Assembly (NCBI GenBank): GCA_964486505.1
Contig: CAZAMC010000002.1
Location: 1,656-65,655, forward strand
DNA length: 64,000 nt
Direction: 5' to 3'
From: an uncultured Gammaproteobacteria bacterium
GTDB taxonomy: Bacteria; Patescibacteriota; Patescibacteriia; PEXW01
Shown: positions 45,844 through 55,112 of the stretch, one piece after another
Numbering within the stretch: position 1 is the first letter of the stretch
How the letters are laid out: the number at the start of each line of letters is the position of its first letter
The notes under the pieces: generated by a model
Databases searched by the model: none
The model's input: only the letters and a program-made list of their open reading frames with translations
What the model was told of the DNA's origin: nothing
Position numbers and translations under genes: made by a program

Positions 45844-46626
45844 TTAGGTAAAACGCTTAAGTGTAGGGAGGAGGAGTTTCGCGAGACGCGGATTCGCCAC
45901 CAGAGCATCTGATCGGAGTTTGGTGAATTGCCACGGTCGGCCACGGAAGTCCGTTACCGATGCGCCGGCTTCTTGTGCCATGAGTAGTCCGCCCGCAATG
46001 TCGTAGAAGTTATCGCCGCTGTAAATGCTCGCATCAAAATTCCCAGCGGCGGTAAGCGCTAACCCCAGCGCGGCAGACCCAAGCAAGCGAATTGTGCGTA
46101 CCCGCGTGCCCAGCGCCTGCAGGATCTGACCATGGCGTAGCTTCTCTGCTCTGGTCGCCCCGCGGCTGACGTAAATGTACGCTTGCTGCGGGTGCGTACA
46201 CTGGCCCACGCGAATGCGCTTGCCGTTGCAGAATGCGCCGTGCCCCCGCACTGCTCGGAAGAGCTGCTTGCGGAGGGGGTCGTAAATAATGCTCAACGTT
46301 ACCCGTCGTTGTTGCACTAGGCAAATTGATACGGCGAAGAACGGTACGTGGTGAGCAAAGTTTGACGTGCCATCCAAAGGGTCCACTACCCAGAGGTTCT
46401 TTGAAGTGGTTGCATCCAGGCCCTGCTCCTCAGAGAAAATTGCGTCCTGAGGAAAGGCCTTGCGGAGCGCAGGCAGGATTATACGGTCCGCGCCTATGTC
46501 GGCCCGGGTGACGATAGAGTGTCGATCTTTGTAGTGGGTGGTGTGTGTGGCGGGGAACGACCGGGCCAAAAACGCTCCCGCTTTTTGAGCGACGCGAGTA
46601 GCCACAGCAAGGCGGTCGTTGCGCAT
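45844..46626 (-). CDS. suhB: Inositol monophosphatase family protein
   Basis: SEE, WVVDPLDGTSNF, GSAAL, YDIAGG. Confidence 0.88.
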   Translation of the reverse strand: MRNDRLAVATRVAQKAGAFLARSFPATHTTHYKDRHSIVTRADIGADRIILPALRKAFPQDAIFSEEQGLDATTSKNLWVVDPLDGTSNFAHHVPFFAVSICLVQQRRVTLSIIYDPLRKQLFRAVRGHGAFCNGKRIRVGQCTHPQQAYIYVSRGATRAEKLRHGQILQALGTRVRTIRLLGSAALGLALTAAGNFDASIYSGDNFYDIAGGLLMAQEAGASVTDFRGRPWQFTKLRSDALVANPRLAKLLLPTLKRFT

Positions 46627-46702
46627 GGGAAAAGCATAGCACTTTACCTTGTACTTTTCTAAGCGGTTTCTGCACTCGTCGGGATTGACTGAGGCAAAAG
46701 GA

Positions 46703-46732
46703 AAACGCCGGTTCAGGGGTGAACCGGCGGTT
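46703..46732 (-). terminator. plsX terminator
   Basis: CGCCGGTTCA-cccc-TGAACCGGCG-TTTTCCTTTT on the minus strand. Confidence 0.8.
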
Positions 46733-46737
46733 AGACA

Positions 46738-47763
46738 TTATGCAATTTTCGTGAGTTTTTCGGCAATGCGTCCCGCGACGTCCGCTTGGACTGCTTTTCG
46801 TGCAACGGCGATAGCATTCAGGATAGCTCGCGGCGTCGCTTTGCCGTGCGTAATGATGACCGTGCCATTCGTGCCCAGCAGCTGTGCGCCACCGTACAGT
46901 TCGACGTCGAAGGTCCGTTTGAGCGCGCCTATCGTGGGCCCCAGGAAGATAGATTTCGCTAGAACGGCAAACACTTTTTGGTCCCACCGGCCTTTGCGGA
47001 TAATCTTCTTCACAATGGCGTTCAACGAAGGGATGAGGCTCTCGGCAAGCTTGAGCATAATGTTGCCGGTAAAGCCATCGGTTACAATCACATCCGCGTG
47101 ACCCCAGAGTACGTCGCGGCCTTCAATGTTGCCAATGAAGCGCATGTCATGGTTCTGGTTGAGCGCCTGGAGTAACTCATGGGTCTTGCGCGTGGCAACG
47201 TTACCTTTGCTTGGTTCTTCACCAATACTGATGAGCGCCACGCGCGGCTGGGCAATGCCGAGGACGTGTTGGGCGTAGATGCCACCCATTACACCGAATG
47301 CCGCCAGCTGCTTGGGTGTGCAGTCCACGCTCGCCCCAACGTCCAGGATGACGCACGGGTCTGCAACGGTCGGCAACGTCACGATGATAGCAGGTCGTTC
47401 GATGCCTGTTACGAGTCTCAGCTTCAACACGGATATAGCCATGACCGCCGCGGTATTGCCTGCACTGATGAATGCCTGCGAATGCTCGCTCGCGCTGCGG
47501 TCTATACCAACGGCTATTGAGGACTTCCGTTTGCGTACTGCACTCTCCACTTTCTCATCCATTGCAATAGCTTCTTGCGCGTGGATGATCGTGAGGCGAT
47601 GTTCCGGGTATGTTTTCCCCAGGAGGTACTGCTTAATGACGCCTTCGTCGCCGACGAGTTCAAGAGAGAAATCCTCAGGTAACTCTTGGAGCGCAAGCAG
47701 GGCGCCATCAATGGGCACGTCAGGGAAACGATCGCCACCCATCGCGTCAACGGTGATGATCAT
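46738..47763 (-). CDS. plsX: Phosphate acyltransferase PlsX
   Basis: VDAMGGD..P, ISAGNTAA, GIERPA, IGEEPSKG, GNIEGRD, VTDGFTGNIMLK, YGGA.LLG, HG. Confidence 0.94.
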   Translation of the reverse strand: MIITVDAMGGDRFPDVPIDGALLALQELPEDFSLELVGDEGVIKQYLLGKTYPEHRLTIIHAQEAIAMDEKVESAVRKRKSSIAVGIDRSASEHSQAFISAGNTAAVMAISVLKLRLVTGIERPAIIVTLPTVADPCVILDVGASVDCTPKQLAAFGVMGGIYAQHVLGIAQPRVALISIGEEPSKGNVATRKTHELLQALNQNHDMRFIGNIEGRDVLWGHADVIVTDGFTGNIMLKLAESLIPSLNAIVKKIIRKGRWDQKVFAVLAKSIFLGPTIGALKRTFDVELYGGAQLLGTNGTVIITHGKATPRAILNAIAVARKAVQADVAGRIAEKLTKIA

Positions 47764-47851
47764 ATACATCTCCTGTGCTGTATTGTTAATCTTCGCTTTT
47801 CATTACAAAAAACATTCCACTTTTGTTGGAGCAGCTTAGCAAACCTGGGTA

Positions 47852-48832
47852 TTACCGCAAGCCGATTTTTTCGTGTACTTCGTCAGCCGTTTCCTGAGCA
47901 ACTGCGGCTGCTTTGCTATTGCCGGCCAGCAGGATTTTGGCACACTCTTTCGAATGTGCAAGCAAGCGGGCGTGCTCCTTGCGGAATGCGCTAAAAGCCT
48001 GGTCGAGCGTGTCGGTGAGCGCAGCCTTTACCTCACTGTAGCGGATAGTACGGTCGGCTTCCTGCTTCCAGAACGCTTTGGATTTCTCGGCGTCGAATTG
48101 TTCCAAGATGGTAAGCAAGTTGGTGACACCTGGGTTTTCGCTGCCGCCCTCGCTCGCCGTCACGGCCCGTGCGAGCTTCTTCTGGATCACCTCGCGTTCG
48201 TCGGTCAGGTTTATAACGTGCTGGTCACCCAGAGATTTGCTCATCTTCTTCTCGGGCTCCAGCAAGCTCATGACTTTCGGCACGGGTGTGAGCAACGCCT
48301 TCGGTTCGGGGAACAGCTCGCCGTACTTCGCATTGAACTTGCGGGCAATGGTTCGCGTGAGTTCCACGTGCTGCACCTGGTCCTGACCCACCGGCACCCC
48401 AAAGGGTTTGTACAGCAAGATGTCCGCCGCCTGCAGGACAGGGTAAGTGAACAGGCCCACGTTGATGTTGTCCCTCTGGCGGCTCGCTTTGTCTTTGTAC
48501 TGGGTCATGCGTTCCAGCTCGCCCATGGGCGTGAGCGTGTTGAAAATCCAGGCGAGCTGTGAATGCGCTGGTATGGCGGACTGGAGGAACAATGTTGATT
48601 TCTTCGGGTCCAGGCCTAGCGCTAAGAATGTGGCGAGTACTTCCAGGACGTCAGCCTGCTTGTGCGTTGGATCGTAGTTTTCGGTGAGGCTATGGAGGTC
48701 AGCGATGAAGAAAAAGCAGTCGTACTCACCGGAGTTCTGCAACTCGACAAAATTCTTGAGCGAGCCCAAGTAATTGCCGAGGTGGAGTTTGCCGGTAGGC
48801 TGGATGCCGGAGATGATGCGCGGTTTGGCCAT
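47852..48832 (-). CDS. trpS: Tryptophanyl-tRNA synthetase
   Basis: SGIQPTG.LHLGNY, YPVLQAADIL, VPVGQDQ.QH.EL, KMSKS. Confidence 0.97.
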   Translation of the reverse strand: MAKPRIISGIQPTGKLHLGNYLGSLKNFVELQNSGEYDCFFFIADLHSLTENYDPTHKQADVLEVLATFLALGLDPKKSTLFLQSAIPAHSQLAWIFNTLTPMGELERMTQYKDKASRQRDNINVGLFTYPVLQAADILLYKPFGVPVGQDQVQHVELTRTIARKFNAKYGELFPEPKALLTPVPKVMSLLEPEKKMSKSLGDQHVINLTDEREVIQKKLARAVTASEGGSENPGVTNLLTILEQFDAEKSKAFWKQEADRTIRYSEVKAALTDTLDQAFSAFRKEHARLLAHSKECAKILLAGNSKAAAVAQETADEVHEKIGLR

Positions 48833-48866
48833 GGGTTCATTCTAGCGTGCGTGCCGATAAAACGAA

Positions 48867-48893
48867 ACTCCCCGCCCTGGTGGGGCGGGGAGT
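48867..48893 (-). terminator. Terminator of the giant surface-protein gene
   Basis: ACTCCCCGCCC-N5-GGGCGGGGAGT followed by TTCGTTTT (minus). Confidence 0.75.
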
Positions 48894-48910
48894 GGAGCAG
48901 TGTTCCGAGG

Positions 48911-51900
48911 CTACTTCACGGTCACACTTAGCGTGCCCGATCCACCCGAGGGGTTCACGAGCTTGAGGGTCTTCTTGCCCTTTGTCAGCTGTGTCCCATC
49001 GAACGTGAGGGTGGCGGTACCGCCCTTCAAGCTCACCTTGGCGCCCACCGTACCAATGGTGGCAACCATGCCCTTTTCGAAGTTCGAGCCTTTCACGGTG
49101 ATCTTGGACGCGGCACTCTTTGTGGAGAGCGTGCCGGAGGCTTTGCCGTTTGGCTTAAGGGTGATCAGTGAAATTGAGGAGCCGCTCACCTTGATGCGCT
49201 TGTTATTCTCATCGATGCCGGAATCCAGGGTGAACTTGCCCTTGGCGTACTTGAAGACCTTCACGTCGTTGGCATTCCGGGTCTTCACGAGCATGGCCAG
49301 GCTTGCAACACCCACCTGGTGCGCCTCCATGGTGGTGACGGATACTGTGCTGCCGAATTTCGCCCCCGTGTCCAGGGTGTGGGTAGCGTACTTCTTCACC
49401 ACGTCTACCACCTTCACTGGATTCGTGCCGGTGGACTGGCTAGCCACGAGGTCGCTCTTCCCATCTTTCGTAACGTCGGCGAGCATGAGCTTGATGGCGC
49501 CGTTGTTCCCGTAGGGGTTGAGCGTTTTCACGAGTTTGCCTTTGGTGGTGTACACCTTCACGCTACTCGTGCCTTTCTTTAGGTTTTCGCTCGGCGCCAC
49601 GAAGATGAGTTGGCCGGTCTTGCCGCCCAGGTTCGTCGTCGAGACGTTGAGCGAGGTACCAGCAAAGGCGGTCACCTTCTTTGCCGTCTTCCCACTGCCG
49701 ATGGTGAACGTCCCCTTATTCTTCCCCGTTCCTACGGTGACGGCGATGTTTGATTTCGCCTTGCCATTGGACGTTGGGCTCCACTTGGAGAAGTGGTCGC
49801 TCGTGACAGTCAACGTGTTGTTGTCTGTATCCTGGGTTGCGTTCGAGGGGGTTTTCCACGAGTTTGTCGCGTCGTCGAAGTAGCGGGGGAGCAAGGCGCT
49901 CTCATCGACACCGGCCGCTTCCAGCATTTTGTCGGTGTACTTAAAGGTAATCGTGACGCTGGAATTGAACTTGGTAATCTCCGCACCGGTTGCGGCGTTC
50001 GTGGCCTTGAAGTCGTACCCATACCACGCTGGTTTCGCGTCCGCCTGGCTCATGAGGTTGGCTGTGGGCGTGGCTGTTATGGTTACATTGCCACTCGTGG
50101 CAAACGCCGAGGCGCCCGCAACCACCGTCGTGCCATCCTCCAGGGTCATGGAGAAGGCCTGGGTGGCGTCGGTCGTCTGCGACACCGGGTTGGGGATACG
50201 GAAGTTCACGTTCTTCGAGAGGACGAAGTTTTGCGTGATGGCCTTCTGAGAGCCGTCGACAACGATGGTTACTTCTTCGCTACGGAAGAAGTCGTTGCCC
50301 GCGGGGGCATCGCAGCCGATGTGCCACACGCCTTTGGTCACGTTGATTTCGTACTTCCCGCCTTGGGCTTGGCCACCGGAGAAGTTTCCAGATTCCTCCC
50401 AGCCATGGCACCAGCCGAATTGACCACCGCCTACTACCTTGCCAGAGATTTTCGCATCCGCCTGGCGTAGCACGAAGGTGAGGTCTGCCGTCTTAGCGCC
50501 GTTGCGGAAGTCAACCGTCTGCGACTGCGCAGGCATCCAGGGGGAGCCCGGAGGCGCATTGACGTGGACTTCGTACAGGTGGCCGCTAATCAACGAAATT
50601 GACCCAACGCCTTTCGCATTTGTCTGTGAACCAGAGTGCAGCACATTCTTGAAGTCTTCGGGCCGCGGGCCGCCGCCTTGGGCGCGATCGCCGGTGTTGG
50701 TCGTTTCTCCCTTCACTTGGCCCTTGAAGAATGATGCGCCCGTCAGGCTGCTGTCGTCGCCGCCCGCGGGTGGACCGAAGTTGCGGCAGGTCTGTTCGTT
50801 TTCGGGCTTCGAGCAGAAGGCCTTACACTCCGCATCGGTCTTGCAGCCGCCGGGCCCGGTCTGCGGAGTAGACTGGCCGCCAGGACCTTGATCCGGCCCC
50901 TTGAATTTTCCGCACTCCGCTTGGTTGGCGGGCTTCATGCAGAACTTCACACAGGCACCGACGTTCTTGCACCCTCCCGGACCCGTTGAAATGTCGGGCA
51001 GCTTCATGGCTTCGCACTTTTTGATCTGCGCATTATCTTTCTTCTGGTACGCCCTCATGCAGACCTCAAAGGGGTCGCCCGACTTTCCGTTTTTGTCCTT
51101 AAACTGCGCAGCCCCAAGGTCTTTCGGACCTTCGCCGCCGGGGTTGCCCGGCTTGCCGAAGAGCTCAATCTCGTTTCCGGCGTCTACGAAAGTCTGGACG
51201 GGCGCGCCCGTGGGGTCAAGAACCGTGACGTTGATTTTCGCGTCGCCGACGAGGGCTTTGATATTCTTCACGACGTTCTCACCCGCGTGTACCTCGACCT
51301 TGTCTTGGCCTTGGTTTGCGTTGAGCAAGCCGGTGCCATCACTGAAGTGGTAGTTGAACTGGTAGGTGCCAGCAACGACCGAAACCTTGTAGCTGCAGTC
51401 ACTCTGGAACTGCACTCCGCGGCCGCCCTTCTCTGTACTGTTCACGAAGACGTCACCAAAGCTGAACTGCCCTGGCGGCGGCGTACAGGTTTTTAGCGGA
51501 ATGCCATTCTGGTCGACGAGAGCGCCGTAAATGGAGGAGTTGTTCTTCTGCACCCTCAGGGTGGCAGTCGTCGTGCTGTCTGCAATGACCGAGACCGTCG
51601 GCGCTTCGGCGACCGAGTACTCGGCTTCGGGCGGCAGGTGCATGCCGAGCTTCACCAAAGAGAAGACTGAAGATGGCATTCTGATGGTGGCTTTGCCGTC
51701 GAACATCAGCGGGCCGCCAAAGTTTTGGCCCGGGCCGAATTGTTCCTCGCCCGCTTTCTGGGCAAACACGTAGCCGTTTAAGCCAGTGGCCGGCGTGCCG
51801 TCTTCTTTCACCACGGTAACCAGGATTGTGGCGTCAGCTCTCACGACCGTGATGTCGCCGAAAGCAAAGCTCGACGTGTCGGTTTCGAGTGTGGTCTCGA

Positions 51901-52828
51901 GCGGCTTCCCGTTGTACACGTAGGACGGTCCGGGGGTCGGGTTGTTCGGGTCTTGCCAGTTGTCCACGTTGACATTGCAGCGTCCAGCCAGGATAGCAAT
52001 GTCGAACGTGCCGTCAGCGGCCGAAGTGGCGTTGCCATTGATGCCGGGCTGGGGCCCGTTCTGCACCCCGCTCGCCCCCGGTGTCATGCAGAAGGCGTTC
52101 ATGCGCACGCCCGCAATTGGTAGGTTGCTGCCGTCAATGAGGCGGCCCGTGAGGTGTGCGGTCTTCGCTTTCACCAGGAAGTTCTGGGTGATGGTTTGGC
52201 CATCGGCAATGACCACTGCGGCCTGGCCGGCGGAGAGCGTTTGGTCAGGGCTCCAGAAGCCCATGTTGAATGAGCCAGCCGGTACCCGCATGCTGTAACT
52301 GCCGTTCACCACCTGGGCATTCCCGCCGCCGCCAGGGCCGGTGGTGGACCAGGCGTTAATGTTTCCTTCCATGACCGGCGCACCGTCTTTGGTGACTGTG
52401 CCGGTAATCGTGGCCGTTGCTTTCGTCACTTGGATGTTGAGGGTACGCGTTTCCGCCGATGCGTCGTTGGTAAACGAAATATCGGGGATTTGCTCGGTGA
52501 ACGTCCAGTCCGTGCTGGAGTTCATATCAATGTTTGCGCCGTACAGCGTACCTGCCGGGAGGAAGACGCTAAAATTACCTGCCCCATCGGTTGTGGCATC
52601 GCCACCGCCGAAGCCCGTCTGCACTTTTGGCCAGAAGTGGAGAAGCGCACCAGTCACCGGAGTGGTGGTACCTTTGTATACGATTGTACCCGTAATATTC
52701 TTCGGCCGTTCTTCGGCTCGGACGGATAGGGTTTGCGAGAGGTTCCCGCCGAAGGGCCCCAAGAGGGTAACGAGCACAGTCAGCGTGCCTAGCGTGGCCC
52801 GGACTGCGCGAAACGTGGTTTTCCGCAT
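48911..52828 (-). CDS. ~1305-aa secreted surface protein: carboxypeptidase-regulatory/transthyretin-like beta domains, Cys-rich GPGGC modules, Lys-rich FG-GAP-like C-terminus
   Basis: Signal peptide from MRKTTF; ITGT..TTDGAGNF repeats; GPGGCK..C..FC..P.N...C twice; TSDHFSKW; ADVTKDGKSDLV. Confidence 0.85.
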   Translation of the reverse strand: MRKTTFRAVRATLGTLTVLVTLLGPFGGNLSQTLSVRAEERPKNITGTIVYKGTTTPVTGALLHFWPKVQTGFGGGDATTDGAGNFSVFLPAGTLYGANIDMNSSTDWTFTEQIPDISFTNDASAETRTLNIQVTKATATITGTVTKDGAPVMEGNINAWSTTGPGGGGNAQVVNGSYSMRVPAGSFNMGFWSPDQTLSAGQAAVVIADGQTITQNFLVKAKTAHLTGRLIDGSNLPIAGVRMNAFCMTPGASGVQNGPQPGINGNATSAADGTFDIAILAGRCNVNVDNWQDPNNPTPGPSYVYNGKPLETTLETDTSSFAFGDITVVRADATILVTVVKEDGTPATGLNGYVFAQKAGEEQFGPGQNFGGPLMFDGKATIRMPSSVFSLVKLGMHLPPEAEYSVAEAPTVSVIADSTTTATLRVQKNNSSIYGALVDQNGIPLKTCTPPPGQFSFGDVFVNSTEKGGRGVQFQSDCSYKVSVVAGTYQFNYHFSDGTGLLNANQGQDKVEVHAGENVVKNIKALVGDAKINVTVLDPTGAPVQTFVDAGNEIELFGKPGNPGGEGPKDLGAAQFKDKNGKSGDPFEVCMRAYQKKDNAQIKKCEAMKLPDISTGPGGCKNVGACVKFCMKPANQAECGKFKGPDQGPGGQSTPQTGPGGCKTDAECKAFCSKPENEQTCRNFGPPAGGDDSSLTGASFFKGQVKGETTNTGDRAQGGGPRPEDFKNVLHSGSQTNAKGVGSISLISGHLYEVHVNAPPGSPWMPAQSQTVDFRNGAKTADLTFVLRQADAKISGKVVGGGQFGWCHGWEESGNFSGGQAQGGKYEINVTKGVWHIGCDAPAGNDFFRSEEVTIVVDGSQKAITQNFVLSKNVNFRIPNPVSQTTDATQAFSMTLEDGTTVVAGASAFATSGNVTITATPTANLMSQADAKPAWYGYDFKATNAATGAEITKFNSSVTITFKYTDKMLEAAGVDESALLPRYFDDATNSWKTPSNATQDTDNNTLTVTSDHFSKWSPTSNGKAKSNIAVTVGTGKNKGTFTIGSGKTAKKVTAFAGTSLNVSTTNLGGKTGQLIFVAPSENLKKGTSSVKVYTTKGKLVKTLNPYGNNGAIKLMLADVTKDGKSDLVASQSTGTNPVKVVDVVKKYATHTLDTGAKFGSTVSVTTMEAHQVGVASLAMLVKTRNANDVKVFKYAKGKFTLDSGIDENNKRIKVSGSSISLITLKPNGKASGTLSTKSAASKITVKGSNFEKGMVATIGTVGAKVSLKGGTATLTFDGTQLTKGKKTLKLVNPSGGSGTLSVTVK

Positions 52829-53029
52829 AGTGTTAGCGAAAAGAAAGAGTGACGAAAAGGCTACACCGCCGACCAGCGGGGTAGAGTTGATACGTGAAAG
52901 AGTTGTGTGATTCACCCATGGGGTTGCCGACAAGCAGACGCCGTGTGAGCGAAAAATGTATCTGATTTTTGCCTGAAAAGTATAGCACCAGCCCGGGCCA
53001 CGAAACAAACACCTCGTCAAGGGAGTTAA

Positions 53030-53053
53030 AAAACCACCCGGGTAGGTGGTTTT
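53030..53053 (-). terminator. rnj terminator
   Basis: AAAACCACC-N6-GGTGGTTTT. Confidence 0.75.
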
Positions 53054-53070
53054 CTTTCGAGGCGGTTGAG

Positions 53071-54819
53071 TTAGACGTCCAGGATGACCGGAATGATCAT
53101 TGGTCGCCGTTCTGTCTTCTGGAAGAGGAAGTTGCCCAGGCCGTCCCGTAGGCGGTTGGCCAGGTATCCTTCGTTCGCCGCGGTCCGGGGGTCAACGTCC
53201 TTCAGCAACGCTTGCACTTTCTTCTTGGTTTCCTCAATCAGGCGGGTGTTCGTCTTGGCGTACACGAAGCCGTGCGTATCAATTTTCGGTTCGCCCACGA
53301 GCTTGCCCGTCCCGCGATCCAGTGTAGCAATAACCACGACCATGCCTTCGCTCGCCAAGGTTTGCCGGTCGCGGAGCACAACGTTCGAAACATCACCCAC
53401 GCCGAGGCCATCCACGAACACGTAGTCTGTGCGGACTTTCTGCGTGTGGAGCTTGGGCTTCCCCTTGATGAATTCCAGTACATTGCCATTGTCCAGCACG
53501 AAGGTGTGATCCTTGGGGAACCCTTCTCGTACCGCCAGCTTCTGGGCTTCTTTCAGGAAGTAGTGGTTGGCATACACGGGCAAAAAGTAGGTGGGTCGGA
53601 TTTGTTTCATGACCGTTATCATGTCCTCGGCCGTGCTGTGGCCGCTGGAGTGGACGTCCATGAGGTCGCTGTGGATGACGTTGTCCGACAACCGGTAGAG
53701 ATTGTCCTTCAGGCGTTGGATGGTGCGCTCGTTGCCCGGGATAACGGAAGAGGAGAACACAATCGTGTCGGTCTTCCGGATTTTTATGCTCCGGTGGTTG
53801 CCGTTCATAATCCGTGAGAGCACCGCATTGCTTTCGCCCTGCGCGCCCGTGCACATGATAACCACCCGTCGCTCGGGGAAGTCGTGGATGCGTTCCACCG
53901 GGATGATGAGGTCCTTCTTCACGTTAATGTACCCCAGCTCTTTGGCGATCTCCACGTTCTTTTTCATGCTAAAGCCATCCAGCGCCACTTTCTTCCCAAT
54001 TTTCTGAGCGAATTCCAGGATGTGTTTAATGCGTTCCAGCTGGCTGGAGAACGTGCCAATGATGAGCCGGCCGGGCGCTTCGCGTACGAGCTTCTCCAGG
54101 TTGGCGTACATGACGCGCTCGGGCGTTCGCTCTTTGTGGGCGGTGGAGCCGAGCGACTCCAACATCAGAATGGTTGGCTTGGGTAGGCGGTTGAGTTGGT
54201 GGTACTCCACGCGGTGCCGGTCCAGCGGGTCTTTCTCATACGTCCAGTCACCCGGGTGGATGACCGTGCCGTGCGGTGTCTGGATGACCACGCCAACCGC
54301 GTCCATGATGGAGTGGTCAACGGGGAAGAAGCTAATCTGGAAGTTCCCTAGGCGAATGCGGTCCGAGACAGTCTTAATGACTATCGTGCGCAGGCGTTTG
54401 GCCGCGCCTTTCTGGAAATCATCGACGCGGTGCTTAACCATAGCGAGCGTCAGTGGCCGACCCACGATGGTGGGGTAGCCGAGCTGCTCCAGCGCTATGC
54501 CTGCCGCGCCGATGTGGTCCAAGTGGCCGTGGCTGAAAACCACGCCGCGGATGCGCTTTTCTTTGCCGCGGAGGTAGGTGAGGTTAGGGATGATGTAGTC
54601 CACGCCCGGCATGTCCTCCTCGGGGAATTGGACGCCCATGTCGAGGATGATGATGTCTTGGTTGTACTCGAAGATGGTGCAGTTGCGGCCGACTTCTTCG
54701 TTGCCGCCAATGGGAATAATCCGCAGGCTGTCCTTCGGCGGGAGGTTGAGGCTGGGTTGGGGTGGGGTGAACCGGGGTTGGTTCGGGGGTGCTTGTCGAT
54801 TTCGATGTCGTTTTGACAT
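53071..54819 (-). CDS. rnj: Ribonuclease J
   Basis: GGNEEVGRN, SHGHLDHIG, HSIMD, CTGAQGE, IPGNE, HSSGH, VDGLGVGD, RRPMIIP. Confidence 0.96.
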   Translation of the reverse strand: MSKRHRNRQAPPNQPRFTPPQPSLNLPPKDSLRIIPIGGNEEVGRNCTIFEYNQDIIILDMGVQFPEEDMPGVDYIIPNLTYLRGKEKRIRGVVFSHGHLDHIGAAGIALEQLGYPTIVGRPLTLAMVKHRVDDFQKGAAKRLRTIVIKTVSDRIRLGNFQISFFPVDHSIMDAVGVVIQTPHGTVIHPGDWTYEKDPLDRHRVEYHQLNRLPKPTILMLESLGSTAHKERTPERVMYANLEKLVREAPGRLIIGTFSSQLERIKHILEFAQKIGKKVALDGFSMKKNVEIAKELGYINVKKDLIIPVERIHDFPERRVVIMCTGAQGESNAVLSRIMNGNHRSIKIRKTDTIVFSSSVIPGNERTIQRLKDNLYRLSDNVIHSDLMDVHSSGHSTAEDMITVMKQIRPTYFLPVYANHYFLKEAQKLAVREGFPKDHTFVLDNGNVLEFIKGKPKLHTQKVRTDYVFVDGLGVGDVSNVVLRDRQTLASEGMVVVIATLDRGTGKLVGEPKIDTHGFVYAKTNTRLIEETKKKVQALLKDVDPRTAANEGYLANRLRDGLGNFLFQKTERRPMIIPVILDV

Positions 54820-54885
54820 TGGGTATATAGGTATTCAGGAACGAGAGGTGCAGAATTTCTGCGATGAGCAATATATATTTCTTCT

Positions 54886-55011
54886 GGGGTCCCCGCAACG
54901 CAGGAACGGAGCGAAGCGAGTACGGCGTTGTGGGGTAAAGCGCAGATTCACCTTGAGGGCGGAGCGGGATCCGCGTTAGCGATCACGCGTAGCTCGAAAG
55001 GTGAAGCAAGC
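54886..55011 (-). repeat. tRNA-3'-attached structured palindromic element, copy 2
   Basis: Begins directly after the CCA of tRNA-Leu; same motifs and stem layout as 3680-3813. Confidence 0.75.
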
Positions 55012-55098
55012 TGGTGCCGGAGAGAGGACTTGAACCTCCAAGGGATTGCTCCCACACGGCTCTGAACCGTGCGTGTATACCAATTTCACCACTCCGGC
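55012..55098 (-). tRNA. tRNA-Leu(CAG)
   Basis: GCCGGAG...CTCCGGC-ACCA; anticodon arm CACGG-TT-CAG-AG-CCGTG; long variable arm; GGTTCAAGTCC. Confidence 0.97.
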
Positions 55099-55112
55099 CT
55101 ACACTGATTGTA

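Noticed and set aside
52830-52980. c-di-GMP or other known riboswitch ahead of the giant surface protein
   Set aside because: No GEMM or other recognisable aptamer consensus.
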